DNA of 64,000 nucleotides from the human T2T-CHM13v2.0 reference genome, Homo sapiens, in the NCBI RefSeq assembly GCF_009914755.1, contig NC_060938.1; one strand, written 5' to 3'. Below are positions 1-20,808 of the stretch, piece after piece (position 1 is the stretch's first letter; the number at the start of each line of letters is the position of its first letter). Under the pieces are notes generated by a model. It saw only the letters and a list, made by a program, of their open reading frames with translations, ran no database searches and was not told where the DNA came from. Both the position numbers and the translations under genes were made by a program.

Positions 1-39
1 CGCAAAATACTTGTAGGATACATAAATATTTCCTAAAAA

Positions 40-800
<761 letters not shown>

Positions 801-993
801 ATTATTATTAAAATGAAGGAAGGCCAGACACAGTGGCTCATGCCTGTAATCCCAGCACTTTGGGAGGCTGAGGCAGGTGGATCACCTGAGGTCAGGAGTT
901 CGAGACCAGCCTGGCCAACATGGCGAAACCCGTCTCTACTATAAATACAAAAAATTAACCGGGTGTGGTGGCAGGCACCTGTAATCCCAGCTA

Positions 994-1092
<99 letters not shown>

Positions 1093-1096
1093 TCAA

Positions 1097-1129
<33 letters not shown>

Positions 1130-1235
1130 TAATGCTGTTTGCTGGTATGATAGTACTACTAAAAGATTTCAAGACATTTCATTATAAACATAATATTGCA
1201 TATCAAAGACAAGATAGTAAAAAAAAAATCTATAA

Positions 1236-1439
<204 letters not shown>

Positions 1440-2805
1440 TAATTTTTAAATTTTTTGTAGAGACAAGATCTCTCTCTGTTGCCCACGCCAGTCTAAACTC
1501 CTAACCTCAAACAATCCTCCTGCCTCAGTCTCCCAAACTGCTGGGATTATTGGTATGAGCCACCACACCCAGCTGGAAAATGTATTTTCTACTAAAGAAG
1601 GAAATAGCCTTATGAGATAGATTTAGAAGTAACTGAAACATGACAAAGTTGTTTCAAAACTTAAATTAAGAATTTTTAAATCCCAAATAATTCCCACCTG
1701 AGGAAGTGTTGAAAATGGAGTCATCACACAGTTAAAATTCATTATAGTTGGACGCAGTGGTGGATGCCTATAATCCCAGGATTTTGGGAGGCCAAGGCAG
1801 GTGGATCGCTTGAGCTCAGGAGTTCAAGATCAACCTGGGCAACAAGGCGAAACCCTGTCTCTACAAAAAAAAAAAAACAAAAATTAGCCAGTTGTGGTAG
1901 CGTGCGCCTCTAGTCCCAGCTACTCAAGAAGCTGAGGTGGGAGAATCACTGGAGCGTGGGAGGCAAAGGTTGCAGCGAGCTGAGATTGTGCCACTGCACT
2001 CAACCCTGGGCAACAGAGCAAGATCCTGTCTCTGAAAAGAAAAAAAAAAAATCTGGCCCAGGCACAGTGGCTCATGCCTATAATCCCAGCACTTTAGGAG
2101 GCTGAGGCAGGCGGATCACTTAAGCCCAGAAGTTCAAGATCAGCCTGGGGGCAAAACCCAGTCTCTACAACAAAACACAAAAATTAGCAGGGCATGGTGG
2201 TACGTGCCTGTAGTTCCAGCAACTCCGGAGGCTGAGGTGGGAGGATCACCTGAGCACAGGGAGGTCGAGGCTGCAGTGAGCTGAGATTGTGCCACTGCAC
2301 TTCAGCCTGGGTGACAGAGTAAGACCTTGTCTCAAAAAAAAAAAAAAAAAAAAAAAAAAAAACACACAAAGAAAGAAAAGAAAAAGGGAAAAGGAAAGCA
2401 TTATAAATTCTAAAAGTATTTTATAAACCAATAATTCTGTTTTTATCTCTACTTAATGAAGAAAAGTAGGTGAAATACTCAATGAAAGGTTTTCAGACTA
2501 CAACTTTTAAACCTTTCAACCATGGTTAATTAACGACTTTCCTTACTGTTCATATAGGTCATACCACCGTCTGTCCTTTCCTGTTTTTAATGTTAAAAAC
2601 AGGAAGCCACTTCCTTGCTGTTTCTATGCTGTCCATGAAAGCGCAGAATGAGATTTCAAGATAAAAAAACACTGGTTTTTCCTACATCTAAAACAGTCAT
2701 TTGTATGTTTGTGTGTGCATGTGTGTACGTACACACCTACCTCGACTACAAATACTTCAAAATACTTTACATTGTTACTGTTACCACCACTCACAATACC
2801 ATTCA

Positions 2806-3222
<417 letters not shown>

Positions 3223-3846
3223 TCACTTGAACCCAGAAGGCAGAGACTGCAGTGAGCTGAGATCATGCGATTGCACTCCAGCCTGGATGATAGAGCAAGA
3301 CCCTGTCTCAAAAAAAAAAAAAAAAAAGACAAGGTTTCACTCTGTCACCCAGGCTAGAGTGCAGTGGCTCAATCACAGCTCACAGCAGCCTTGAACTCCT
3401 AGGTACAAGTGATCCTCCCACCTCAGTCTCCCAAGTAGCTAAGACTATGGGTGTAGGCCACCACACCCAGCTAATTTTTTAATTTTCTTGTTGAGACAGG
3501 GTCTTGTTACATTGCTCAGGTTGGTCTCAAACTCCTGCGCTCAAGCTATCTTCCCACCTCAGCCTCCCAAAGTGCTTGAAATTACAGGTGTGAGCTAACA
3601 CGCCTGGCCTCTGGCCTTGTATCTTAAACATTTACCGAGCGTCTAATATGTGCCAAGCACTCTATAGTACAGAGTAGTAAACAAAAAGGTAATAATCCTT
3701 GCCCTCTTGGAATTTGTATTCTGGTGGAAGAGATAAACATATAAAATACAAAGTTTGCTAGTCCAGGCTCAGTGGCTCACGCCTGTAATCCCAGCACTTT
3801 GGGAGGCCGAGGTGGGCAGATAGATAAACATGAGCCCAGGAGTTCA

Positions 3847-4198
<352 letters not shown>

Positions 4199-4439
4199 CT
4201 AGCCATGGGACTATTTGAAGGAAAAGCTTTCCTGGCATGAAAAACAGGGAAAACAGGTAACAGGGAAACTCTTGCAAACCTAACACTGGCACTAGTCCAA
4301 ACGGATACAGAGGTAAACCTACTGCCACTAGTCCAAACAGATACAGTGGTAAACCTACTACACAAAGCTTCTTTGAAAGGTTTATTTTGAGTATAGTTTT
4401 TTACCAGTGAGAAATCCCTATAGTAAGTAGAGATGACTG

Positions 4440-4830
4440 CTCCATATGATGAAATATTATTCAGCAATAGGAAGCAATGAAGTACCGATACATGCTACAA
4501 CATGAACTTCAAATACATTACGCCAAGTGAAAGGAGCCAGACACAGAAGAACATACACTGTATGATCCCATTTACATGAAACATCCATTTATATGAAAAG
4601 TCCCGAATAGTAAATCTACAGAGACAGAAAGTAGATTAGTGGCTGCCGAGGGTGGGGAGGGTGGATGAGGAAGGAGTGACTGCTAATGGTTCATGGTTTC
4701 TTTTTCAGAAGAGAAAAACATTACAAAATTAAATTGTGGTGCTGGCTGCACAACTCTGTAGATATACTAAAAACCATTGTATCGTACACTTTAAATAGGT
4801 AACCTTTATGATATGTCAATTATGTAAAAA
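4440..4830 (+). mobile_element. L1MB/MC-like 3' UTR fragment
   Basis: ATACATGCTACAACATGAAC...GAGACAGAAAGTAGATTAGTGG...GGAGTGACTGCTAATGG...GTACACTTTAAATAGG. Confidence 0.75.
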
Positions 4831-5025
4831 GACTACTGCTGTCCTGTGCCCAGCAACTAACACAAAACAATGAAATACAGTGCTCTTTATTTTTTATTCT
4901 TCTTATTTTTTTTAGACAATCTCGCTCCATTGTCCAGGGTGGAGTGCAGTGGTGCAATCTTAGCTCACTGCAACTTCCACCTCCCAGGTTCAGATGATTC
5001 TGGGGGAGCTAAGTAGTGCTCTTCT

Positions 5026-5076
5026 GTATGTATGTATGTATGTATGTATGTATGTATGTATGTATGTATGTATGTA
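5026..5076 (+). repeat. (TATG)n microsatellite
   Basis: Read directly; abuts a minus-strand Alu tail. Confidence 0.95.
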
Positions 5077-5451
5077 TTTATTTATTTATTTTTAGACGGA
5101 GTTTCTCTCTTGTTGCCCAGGCTGGAGTGCAATGGTGTGATCTTGGCTCACTGCAACCTCCACCTCTCTGGTTCAAGTGATTCTCGTGCCTCAGCCTCCC
5201 AAGTAGCAGGGATTACAGGCATGTGCCACCACGCCCCAGATAATTCTTGTATTTTTAGTAGAGACCGGGTTTCACCATGTTGGTCAGGCTGGTCTCAACT
5301 CCTGACTTCAGGTGATCCGCCCGCCTTGGCCTCCCAAAGTGCTAGGATTATAGACGTGAGCCGCCGTGCCCAGCCAGTTGTGTTCTTTTTAAATGTAGAA
5401 TCATACACAGAATTAAAGAAGACAAACCAAACAATCAATCCCCTAGCTTAA

Positions 5452-5799
<348 letters not shown>

Positions 5800-5949
5800 T
5801 GAAGGAGGCCAAGAATAAAATCCCTCTGGGAATTCCTAGTAATGTATTTGAATTTCTTTCTTTCTTTTGTATCTTGAAAATAAGCCTATTGGGATATAAA
5901 CATATAATGTCCCTTCGCCGTATCCTATCCCTCCCATTTTTAATCTACT

Positions 5950-6510
<561 letters not shown>

Positions 6511-7820
6511 TCCCGTTTTTAAATATCTGATCATGAACAAGCTGTGGAGGCAAAATGTTAGTTTAAAATTTTGTCAGTGTGTGGTAACTACCTACCATAA
6601 TTTACTCCTTACGTTCCTAGCTATTTCCTATCTAAATATTAGAATATTTTTTTCTGAATTAAATTTTTTCATTTTGTAGAGATGAGGTTTCATTATGTTG
6701 TGTCAGCTGGTCTCAAACTCCTGGCCTTGAGTGATCCTCCTGCCTCAGCCTAGAACATCTTTATTAATTCAAGCTTTTGCTGTATCTGTCACGTACGTGT
6801 TTCTGAACTACTAGCTTCACCTCACATCACAAAGAAATAATCCATAGATTGAGAAAAACAACATTCTCATCCAAAACACCACGAATAACAGAGGATTAAG
6901 GGGTAAAGAATTCCAAGAATTTTATGCAATGTATATAAAATAGAACAAACTCATGGTAACTCATCTTTATTGGTATGATCATGTGATTTAGTTGTATTCA
7001 AAGCAACATACGGTATTTCCTTACATCAAAGAATTAACATAGTTAAACTGGGCTCTCTTTTATAATGAAATGAGGAAGAAAACCAGGATGTGGTTATGAA
7101 TACCACTCTCTCAGTGAAATGAGGAAGTAGCAACATTATGTTTGCATTTTATGATCCCAAGCAACCACTTTCCCTCACCTCCTTCCAGTTTAACACTTAA
7201 TTTGCCTCCCTCTTTCCCCATCTCTAATCCAACATTAGAAAACAAACATGATCTATCACAGGAAAGGAATGACTTTTCCTTTCCCTCTAAAAGCTGAATT
7301 TTTGTAAGAAAATGGCAGAAGTTGGCTGTTTTAAATGCTAATGTTATCTACTGGGAATATTCTATTGAAATGAATTTGAATAATTTAATAAAATCCTCTC
7401 CATAAACTGCAGAGGCAAATGCTCTCCTCAGCCTCCCATTTCCTTGTATTACTTCCTCCAAGAATTGTTTCCTGATTAACCCTATGCTACTCAGATACTT
7501 TTTTTGTTCTATATCTTCATATAATCTAAGTATTATTTACTTGTATAATGGTTTTGCAAAGGCCCATAACTTTCAAATGTTTGTTTCCTCAACAAAATTA
7601 GAAACTACTTAAGAATAAAATCTGTGTGTTCTAATTCTTTCACACAAAGGATACACAGGCAGCTCCCAACACTTAAACCACCAATTTACTTTCTGTAAAC
7701 ATGAAACAAGTTCCAAAGATAATGTACTCACAAAGTAATTCAGATACATCTTGTTGGTTTCATTCATTCATCACACTTTGAGCACCAGCTGCACAAGCTG
7801 TATGAAAAATCCCCTGATCA

Positions 7821-12290
<4,470 letters not shown>

Positions 12291-14499
12291 AAGTGTGGCC
12301 CAGCATTATATAAAAGTAAAAAGAAAGTGAAACCCAAAACAAGGGGAAAAATTGTTAGTAACTGACATGAATTTTTCTGTCCCCCTTCATCTTAAGTATT
12401 CATTCCCAAACATTGTAAGATTATCCCTTGCTTTAACCTTTGGGATACTTGGATTTTAATACACAAAAACCAAGCTACTTTACTTTTGATCTCATAGATG
12501 AAAACTTTTTGCTTCTTGGTCAATTTTAATGGAAATCTTGCTTTATAGAAGAAATCTGCTAGACAAGTTTGTGTGTTAACTTTAATCTTAACTTTGGAAC
12601 AACTGCAGTGAGGATGGTTAAACAAAATTTACCAGGGGCATATCGTCAATTAAGCATTACAAAAGGTCCCAAAGAACTAAAAGATCCTTTCTTGCCCTCT
12701 CAGGCAATCTGATCAGAGATACGATATAAACAAATAAAAACAAATTAATAAAATTTACATAACTATACAATCAATTGTTATACATATCCAAGGGGTAAAG
12801 ATATTTTAGAATATCCTATCCCGGTAATGTTAGTTTTGGAAAGCTGCTTCAGTGTTACAGACTGGAATAGTTCGGAAAGACACAGTTGTATGTGACAAAG
12901 GACAGGCATTCAGATAGGCATGGAAGATGGATGGAATCTGTTGGTACTGATTCAACTTGATGATCTAAATAACTTCTGAAAACTATTCACAAACTCATTT
13001 GGGTCTTCATCAATCTCTTCCACACAGCAGAAAAAGTTTGGTGTCAATATTTAATACTTAAACTTTTAAATGGGAGTAAGACTGTAATGTGTTTAGAACA
13101 GAATACCTAAAATTGAGCCAATATCTTAAGGCAGAAAATTGTTTAAAAATTAACAACATAACAATATAAAAAAGTTATTAAGCTGGGCAAAGCAAAATGA
13201 AAAGCAATTTAAAAGACAAGAAAAATTAACATTCTGATCATCTCTTTAAGAACTGTATCTGAAAATATTTTGCCTTAAGAACTCTGTTTAATACCAGTGC
13301 TGAACTCTCCCTAACTATGAAATTATTTAAACTATTTACTCTCAACTGTACACATCATTAAAAAGCCTGGAAATTACAGAGCCCACCCACCGCAGTCTCA
13401 ATCCAACATGCAGCGAGTTTACAGGTCAGGAATGCTATGGGTGGGTCTCTTTTAAAGATATCCGCCTTGATTTCAGGCACACCCACACAGGCAGGATCAG
13501 GTCAATTCATACTGTAGGCTGGACTCTCTAGGAAGGAGGATGCTAAACCATTATGAAGAACTGTGTGATTTTACCAAAGCCTTATTCAAAATTAAATGTA
13601 TTTTAAAGAATTTAGGTTCAACTAGGAAGTGGCTGGGGTTTCTTTTTTTCCACCTTCAGAACCTGTGAAAAGAAGTGACTTTGGAATGTGGCTTCTGTCA
13701 AAACAGAGTGACTGATGATACAGGGAGGCAGATGGGCACGCCAACTGACACGCGAGCCTCTCCAAGGTGAAAAGTCTTTAAACTCTGAGAGAACAAAATC
13801 ACTTCACCTTTAAGAACTGATGCTAAATCTTATCTTTCACATGATTCAAACAATAATGGTATTACTCTCTTATACATAGGTAATAATCCATGAGGAAAAA
13901 CACCAGGTCTGTTTTGCTCATTATTGCACGTCTAGCACCCAGGGTAGTATTTATGAAGTCTTAATAAATAGTTAACACTTAATAACATTTCGTATCAGTC
14001 TGTTCACAGTCTGTTCACATTAAGCAAACAAGAATGTGACACTATATTAGCATTATTAATCAAGGAAAGATTTAGGAATATCAAGAAATGTTTGCTTGAA
14101 CAGTAATATTACTGTTTAAGAAAATGTAAAAGAAAATAAAAATGCAAAGGAAGAAATTTTTTTCCGACAAGACTATAAGCACACCATCATAAAACACATT
14201 ACAGAACAAGAGAAGGAAAAAAAATCAATCTAATGGGCCATTTTGTCCACATGCCTGTGGGCTGTCAACCATGTTTATTAAGCAGCTGAAAAGGCACTCC
14301 TAACCAAAGCAATATTGGGAAAGTATAATAAAAGATAAGCCATATGTGTAATACATATGTTTCCATAAGACTAAAATTGTCTCGAAGGAGACACAAGAAA
14401 ATGTGGTAAGGAGTAGGGTGGGACAAGATGGCATATTTTTTGTTTATAACCTTCTAAACTGCTTTGATTTTTCTTTTCTTGTTTTTTACGAGTATATAT

Positions 14500-14932
14500 T
14501 GTCAGGCCTCTGAGCCCAAGCTAAGCCATCATATCCCCAGTGACCTGCACGTATACATCTAGCTGGCCTGAAGCAACTGAAGATCCACAAAAGAAATGAA
14601 AATAGCCTTAACTGATGACATTCCATCATTGTGATTTGTTTCTGCCCCACCCTAACCGATCAATGTACTTTGTAATCTCCCCCACCCTTAAGAAGGTTCT
14701 TTATAATTCTCCCCACCCTTGACAATGTACTTTGTGAGATCCACCCGCTGCCTGCAAAACATTGCTCCTAACTCCACCGCCTATCCCAAAACCTATAAGA
14801 ACTAATGATAATTCCCGCCCTTTGCTGACTCCTTTTTTGGACTCAGCCCACTAGCACCCAGGTGAAATAAACAGCCTTGTTGCTCACACAAAGCCTGTTT
14901 GGGGGGGTCTCTTCACATGCACACGTGAAACA
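14500..14932 (+). mobile_element. LTR7-family LTR (HERV-H 5' LTR)
   Basis: Starts TGTCAGGCCTCTGAGCCCAAGCTAAGCC and ends GTGAAACA; TATAA at 14794, AATAAA at 14866; 433 bp; matches the recalled LTR7 consensus. Confidence 0.92.
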
Positions 14933-15479
14933 TTTAGTGCCAAAGACCAGGGTCAGCGGGACTCCTTCGGGAGACCAGTCCCCTGTCCTCATCCTCACTT
15001 CGTGAAGAGATCTACCTACAACCTCAGGTCCTCAGACCAACCAGCCCAAGGAACATCTCACCGATTTTAAATCGGGTAAGCGGCCTCTTTTTACTCTTTT
15101 CTCCAACCTCTCTCACTATCCCTCAACCTCTTTCTCCTTTCAATCTTGGCGCCACCCTTCAATCTCTCCCTTCTCTTAATTTCAATTCCTTTCATTTTCT
15201 GATAGAGACAAAGGAGACACATTTTATCCGTGGACCCAAAACTCCGGTGCCGGTCACGGACTCGGGAAGGCAGCCTTCCCTTGGTGTTTAATCATTGCGG
15301 GGATGCCTCTCTGATTATTCACCCACGTTCCTTTGGTGTCTGATCTCCATGGGGACGCCTGCCTTGGTCATTCACCCACATTCCCTTGGTGGCAAGTCAA
15401 CTGCGGGGACGCCTGCTTTGGCTGCTCCCCAACCCCCTTCTCCGTGTCTCTACCCTTCTCTTTAAACTTGCCTCACTAT
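14933..15479 (+). mobile_element. HERV-H internal leader (PBS, major splice donor), truncated at the gag start
   Basis: PBS-like TTTAGTGCCAAAGACCAGGG directly after the LTR; donor CGG|GTAAGC at 15076; HERV-H leader motifs (CCTCAGGTCCTCAGACC, GGGGACGCCTGC repeats). Similarity stops at AAACTTGCCTCACTAT. Confidence 0.88.
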
Positions 15480-15499
15480 CTATAGCCTCTCTAGTGAAT

Positions 15500-15810
15500 T
15501 CTCATCTACTGAGGAGTTCTCAGCTAGACCTCAGATGCTACAAGTAAGCTCAAGTCTACACTGCAATCCCAAATTCCTTTCCAGAACTCCACATTCGCAT
15601 TTCCACCTGCCTTCTACATAGCTCCACTTAGACTTCATGGGCACCTCAAACTCAACAAGTCTAAAGCTGAACTTCTTCTCACCATCCTAACCCTCCCTCT
15701 CAGTTAAAACCTGATACTCCTCTTCTATTACCTATTTTGGTCAACAGCATCACCATCCAGTCTACCCAGTCTCCCAAGTTTGGAGTCATCTTTGGCTCCA
15801 CCTTATTTTC
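15500..15810 (+). mobile_element. L2 LINE fragment
   Basis: GGCACCTCAAACTCAACAAGTCTAAAGCTGAAC and GGAGTCATCTTTGGCTCC resemble the L2 3' consensus. Confidence 0.65.
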
Positions 15811-15932
15811 TGGCTTCCAGATAGAATTAGTAATGACTTTCTGTGCTTTAGTCCAAGAGCTTCCTGTGGGGCACGAGAGAATTTTAAGGAGGTTGAAAAG
15901 GTTTGTTTCTTTTTTTTTTTTTTTTCTATTGA

Positions 15933-16058
<126 letters not shown>

Positions 16059-16109
16059 TAAGAGATTAACATAAGATAACATAAGATTAATACAATAAAT
16101 ATTTACTGA

Positions 16110-16403
<294 letters not shown>

Positions 16404-16599
16404 TGATCCTGAATAAAGGTTTCAAGAATCCCATGAAAGGACAGGGAGTAACTATGTTATAATCCAATAACAGTGAAGTAATTATTAGGAAACAGAAGCA
16501 CACATTTCTGATATGAATACAAAATCACAAAAGCATAATTTCCTTAAGCAAATAAGCACATTCCAGCTGCATGCTACAGCAGGATAACAGAACCTGCCC

Positions 16600-17400
16600 A
16601 GCTGGTGAATGGTTTGGAACTTTATTTTTAAAAACTTAATGTCTAATGTGAACCACCCATTATTCTTCAGCAATCAAAGAACTGTTATCATGCTTTGTCC
16701 ATTAAACGAACCCTATTCATTTTCAAGTGCTATGTTTATGTTGCTCCTTAAAATCAGTTCTGCTGAAACTGTCCTTGCAATTTTACTGAAATGTACTGGC
16801 CTCTCCCTACTGCATATCACACATACTAGAGAGAACAGTTTGGAGCTTTACACAAATCACACAGGCTATACTGTGCTCTGAATGTGTATGTCCAGAAGTG
16901 TCTCCTTTTTTCAGCAGGGAAATTCTGAAAAGTAGAAGTCCATAGTTTTTCGTGTAGGCAGCATAAATTCCTTAGTTTTTGTCAGTAAGTATCTCATGTG
17001 GAATGGAATGAAAAATGTTTCCAAAACTAGCTGTGAAACACATTTATATTTTGACATTACCATTTTGCTATTGAAAACCCCCAAAAGGAGATCTTCAAGC
17101 ATATATGGAGTGGAACATTTCCATTTCAGTTCAGTGGCATCCTGTACACACTGGGCACTGATGTCTGCCCAGGAGTTATCACACTGGCCACCCAAGCCTC
17201 CGCTGTAACACTTTTCCATCTCTAGATAAGCATCACGGTGTAAGAGATGCAAGAGCCTGAAGACTGGAGTACAAGTGCAGCTCTGCCACAAATTCTGCAT
17301 CTTCATCTGAGTTCTCCTCCACTGCTGACACGTTCTGAGCCTGTAATACCATTCCCTCCACTCTGCCCCCACCACGTGCTCCAGTCTGGTTTTGTGGTGC
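16600..17400 (-). mobile_element. Possible ancient CR1/L3 LINE ORF2 (RT) relic
   Basis: Minus-strand translation around 17100-16978 gives ISFW...NINVF / SFGNIFHSIPHEILTDK across a frameshift, resembling CR1-clade RT ISFFD...VDVIYLDFSKAFDSVPHEILIDK. The rest is too degenerate to align by eye. Confidence 0.3.
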
Positions 17401-18066
17401 ACACCACTGGAGAGGCAATCCGGTTTGTGTCAACTTCCCTTCTCTGGGAATACTCCCTGATATGCAGGGATGCGCCCCGGTGGTCACGTGTATGCTTTGT
17501 TGTGACTATATTTCCTGGACCATAACTGATTGATGCAGCACAGACACCTCTGCCGAAAGAAATCCAACAACCCTCTTTTATGGGGATTTAAAATGTCAAT
17601 GGGGAGAGAGTCTGAAGGGCAGTGGGTCTCCAATGTCCTGAAGAAAGGGTTCACAAACTCCTGCCACTGAGGTCCCAAGAGCTGTGCCAATTCCTGCCTT
17701 TCTGAGACTTGTTCAATTTCATCCCCCATCCCATTTTTGTATACCTATCATCCTTCCAATAAATCACTCTTTGCTTAGTTTAACCAGACTCAGTTTCTGT
17801 TGCTCTCAACTAAAACAGTTAACAGATAATGATTCTATATTAAAATCTCTTAGAATTTCTTTTCTATATTTTTATTGGGTATTTATCATGTTAGCAGAGC
17901 CTGTAAACTTTAAGGGCTTCAAGAAATTTTTAAAAAATATTTCCCGGCCAGATGCGGTGGCTCACACCTGTAATACTAGCACTTTGGGAGGCCAAGGCGG
18001 GCGGATCACCTGAGGTCGGGAGTTTGAGACCAGCCTGACCAACATGGAGAAACCCCATTTCTACTA

Positions 18067-18261
<195 letters not shown>

Positions 18262-18557
18262 TCATGCACACACATGCTAATCTGGAAAGCTATAAATCAA
18301 ACTGAAAACACTGGTTATCTTGTAGTGGAATGGCTGGCCACTTTGACTTTCTACTTTAAACATTTGGCCTATTTATTTATTTTAAAGAGACAGGGTCTCA
18401 CTCTGTTGCTGCCCAAGCTGGAGTAGAGTGGCGTAACCATAGCTCACTGTAACCTCAAACTCCTGGGCTCATGTAATCCTCTCACTTCAGCCTCCAGAGT
18501 AGCTGAGACTATACAAGTGCCCGCCACCATACCTGGTTAATTTTTTTTTTTTTTTAG

Positions 18558-18776
<219 letters not shown>

Positions 18777-19731
18777 TAACAACTAGATAAAACTAAATAG
18801 ATTATTCAACTAAATAAATGGCTTTAAAGATTGAAGAGCTGTCTTCTATGCATAGCAAAGAGGACTAGCAGAATTAAAATTCCAGAGGGAGAAGAGGCCT
18901 CTCTAGGTGAGCTGAAAGTGCCAGCCATTTCCTCTCTCTACTTGTGGTACTTGTAGAGCTTTAGCGTGAGTGATGATAACTGGGGCTTGCCATAGGCAGA
19001 ACTCCATCAAGAGAAAGAAAAACCAGCAGAACTTATGACAGCTATATGGGTTGGCATGACAGACTAAATTTCATAACAGCCCTAAATTTATGGCCAGTTT
19101 TCTACACAGGACATTCACCTCCAGGCTGGAGGCCTGAACTAGAAAAGCAAAGTGAAATTAAGCACAATCTCACAGTGCTTAGCAGATAAAGCTAGAGGGA
19201 GTGGCCTCTAACAAACATACAATGGATCCCACTCTTGGGATACTACACCGAACTGAAGGACTTAAATCTTCAGCCCAGTCCAACTCAGTTGTTTGGATAG
19301 AGGTGTTTTATACCTCATTGTATCTGCCTAAGACTGCAAAATGCAAACATTAACTTTAGACTCTAAAGGTCTTTACACACATTGTCTGGAAATCGTCAAA
19401 AACTTCTGCTGCCTGGCGCAGTGGCTCACGTCTGTAGTTCCAGCATTTTGGGAGGCCGAGGCAGGCTGATCATGAGGTCAGGACTTCGAGACCAGCCTGA
19501 CCAACATGGTGAAACCCTCTCTCTACTGAAAATACAAAAATTTGCCAGGCATGGTGGCGCACGCCCATAATCCCAGCTACTGGGGAGGCTGAGGCAGGAG
19601 AGCCGCTTGAACCCAGGAGGCAAAGGTTGCAGTGAGCCAAAACCGCGTGCCACTGCACTCCAGCCTGGGCAACAGAGCGAGACTCTGTCTCAAAAAACAA
19701 CAACAACTTTTGCTTTCCCAGGAGGGAGGGG

Positions 19732-19734
<3 letters not shown>

Positions 19735-19762
<28 letters not shown>
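19735..19762 (+). repeat. (TG)n microsatellite
   Basis: Read directly. Confidence 0.95.
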
Positions 19763-19764
<2 letters not shown>

Positions 19765-20180
19765 AGAATACAGCAGTCTACATGTTCACCTTCTTGCATC
19801 AGCACTGCTGGCCTAGGGAATCTCTCACAACTTGATCATCCCTCCCTTTAATTTCACATGCCCAGAGAAGTGGAGATTTCTCATGTTCAATTTTTTAACA
19901 TTTTCAAAACTACAAAAATAATTTTTCAACATTAAAGTCTCTTCTAGGAATCCAAAGCCCTATTCCACCGAGAAACTCAAAATCAACATAATCATTTCAT
20001 TTTTTTTTCCACTCATTCTACAAATACTTAATTTCTATCTATATGTCAAGAACTGTACTCTAGGCTGGGCACAGGAGCTCACGCCTGTAATCCCAACACT
20101 TTGGGAGGCCAAGGCGGGAGGATTGCTTGGACCCAGGAGTTTAAAACCAGCCTGGACAACATAGTGAAACCCTATCTCTA

Positions 20181-20366
<186 letters not shown>

Positions 20367-20697
20367 CTATATTTCATGAAACAAATAAGAGGTAAGAGGT
20401 AATCCTTGTCTTCAAGAATTGTGCAGTATTTTGTTTGTTTGTTTTTTTAAGAGAAAATGGATGTAAATATAAAAGGGAGTAAGGAAATCATTTTAAAGAA
20501 TATCACCTAAAGGAATTTATATTTAATATGTAAGACGAAAAACACATACAAAGTAATAAGCATTTCTCTTACAAATGTTTCTCAAGCTGTCTCTTCCTCC
20601 TCATTTGACTGACAAAATCAAGGAAAGTAGATTAAGCAATTTGTCAACAGTCATGGGAAAGCTAAATATCAAAGTTGGAACTAGAGTCCAATTATTT

Positions 20698-20808
20698 ATA
20701 GGTTGGTGCAAAAGTAATTGCCATTAAATGGTTTCCGCCATTAAAAGTAATGGCAAAAGTAATTACTTTCAATGTCAAAAACCGCAATTACTTTTCCACC
20801 AATCAATA
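20698..20808. mobile_element. MADE1 (Hsmar1-derived MITE), internally rearranged
   Basis: Terminal inverted repeats TAGGTTGGTGCAAAAGTAATTGC ... GCAATTACTTTTCCACCAATCAA; about 110 bp versus 80 bp canonical. Confidence 0.88.

Noticed and set aside
4290-4361. CRISPR-like 36-bp repeat
   Set aside because: Only two adjacent copies, no spacers, eukaryotic context.
13996-14017. 11-bp tandem CAGTCTGTTCA x2 (also the 8-bp inverted repeat TGAATGCA/TGCATTCA at ~8805)
   Set aside because: Short; expected from ordinary slippage or chance in 64 kb.
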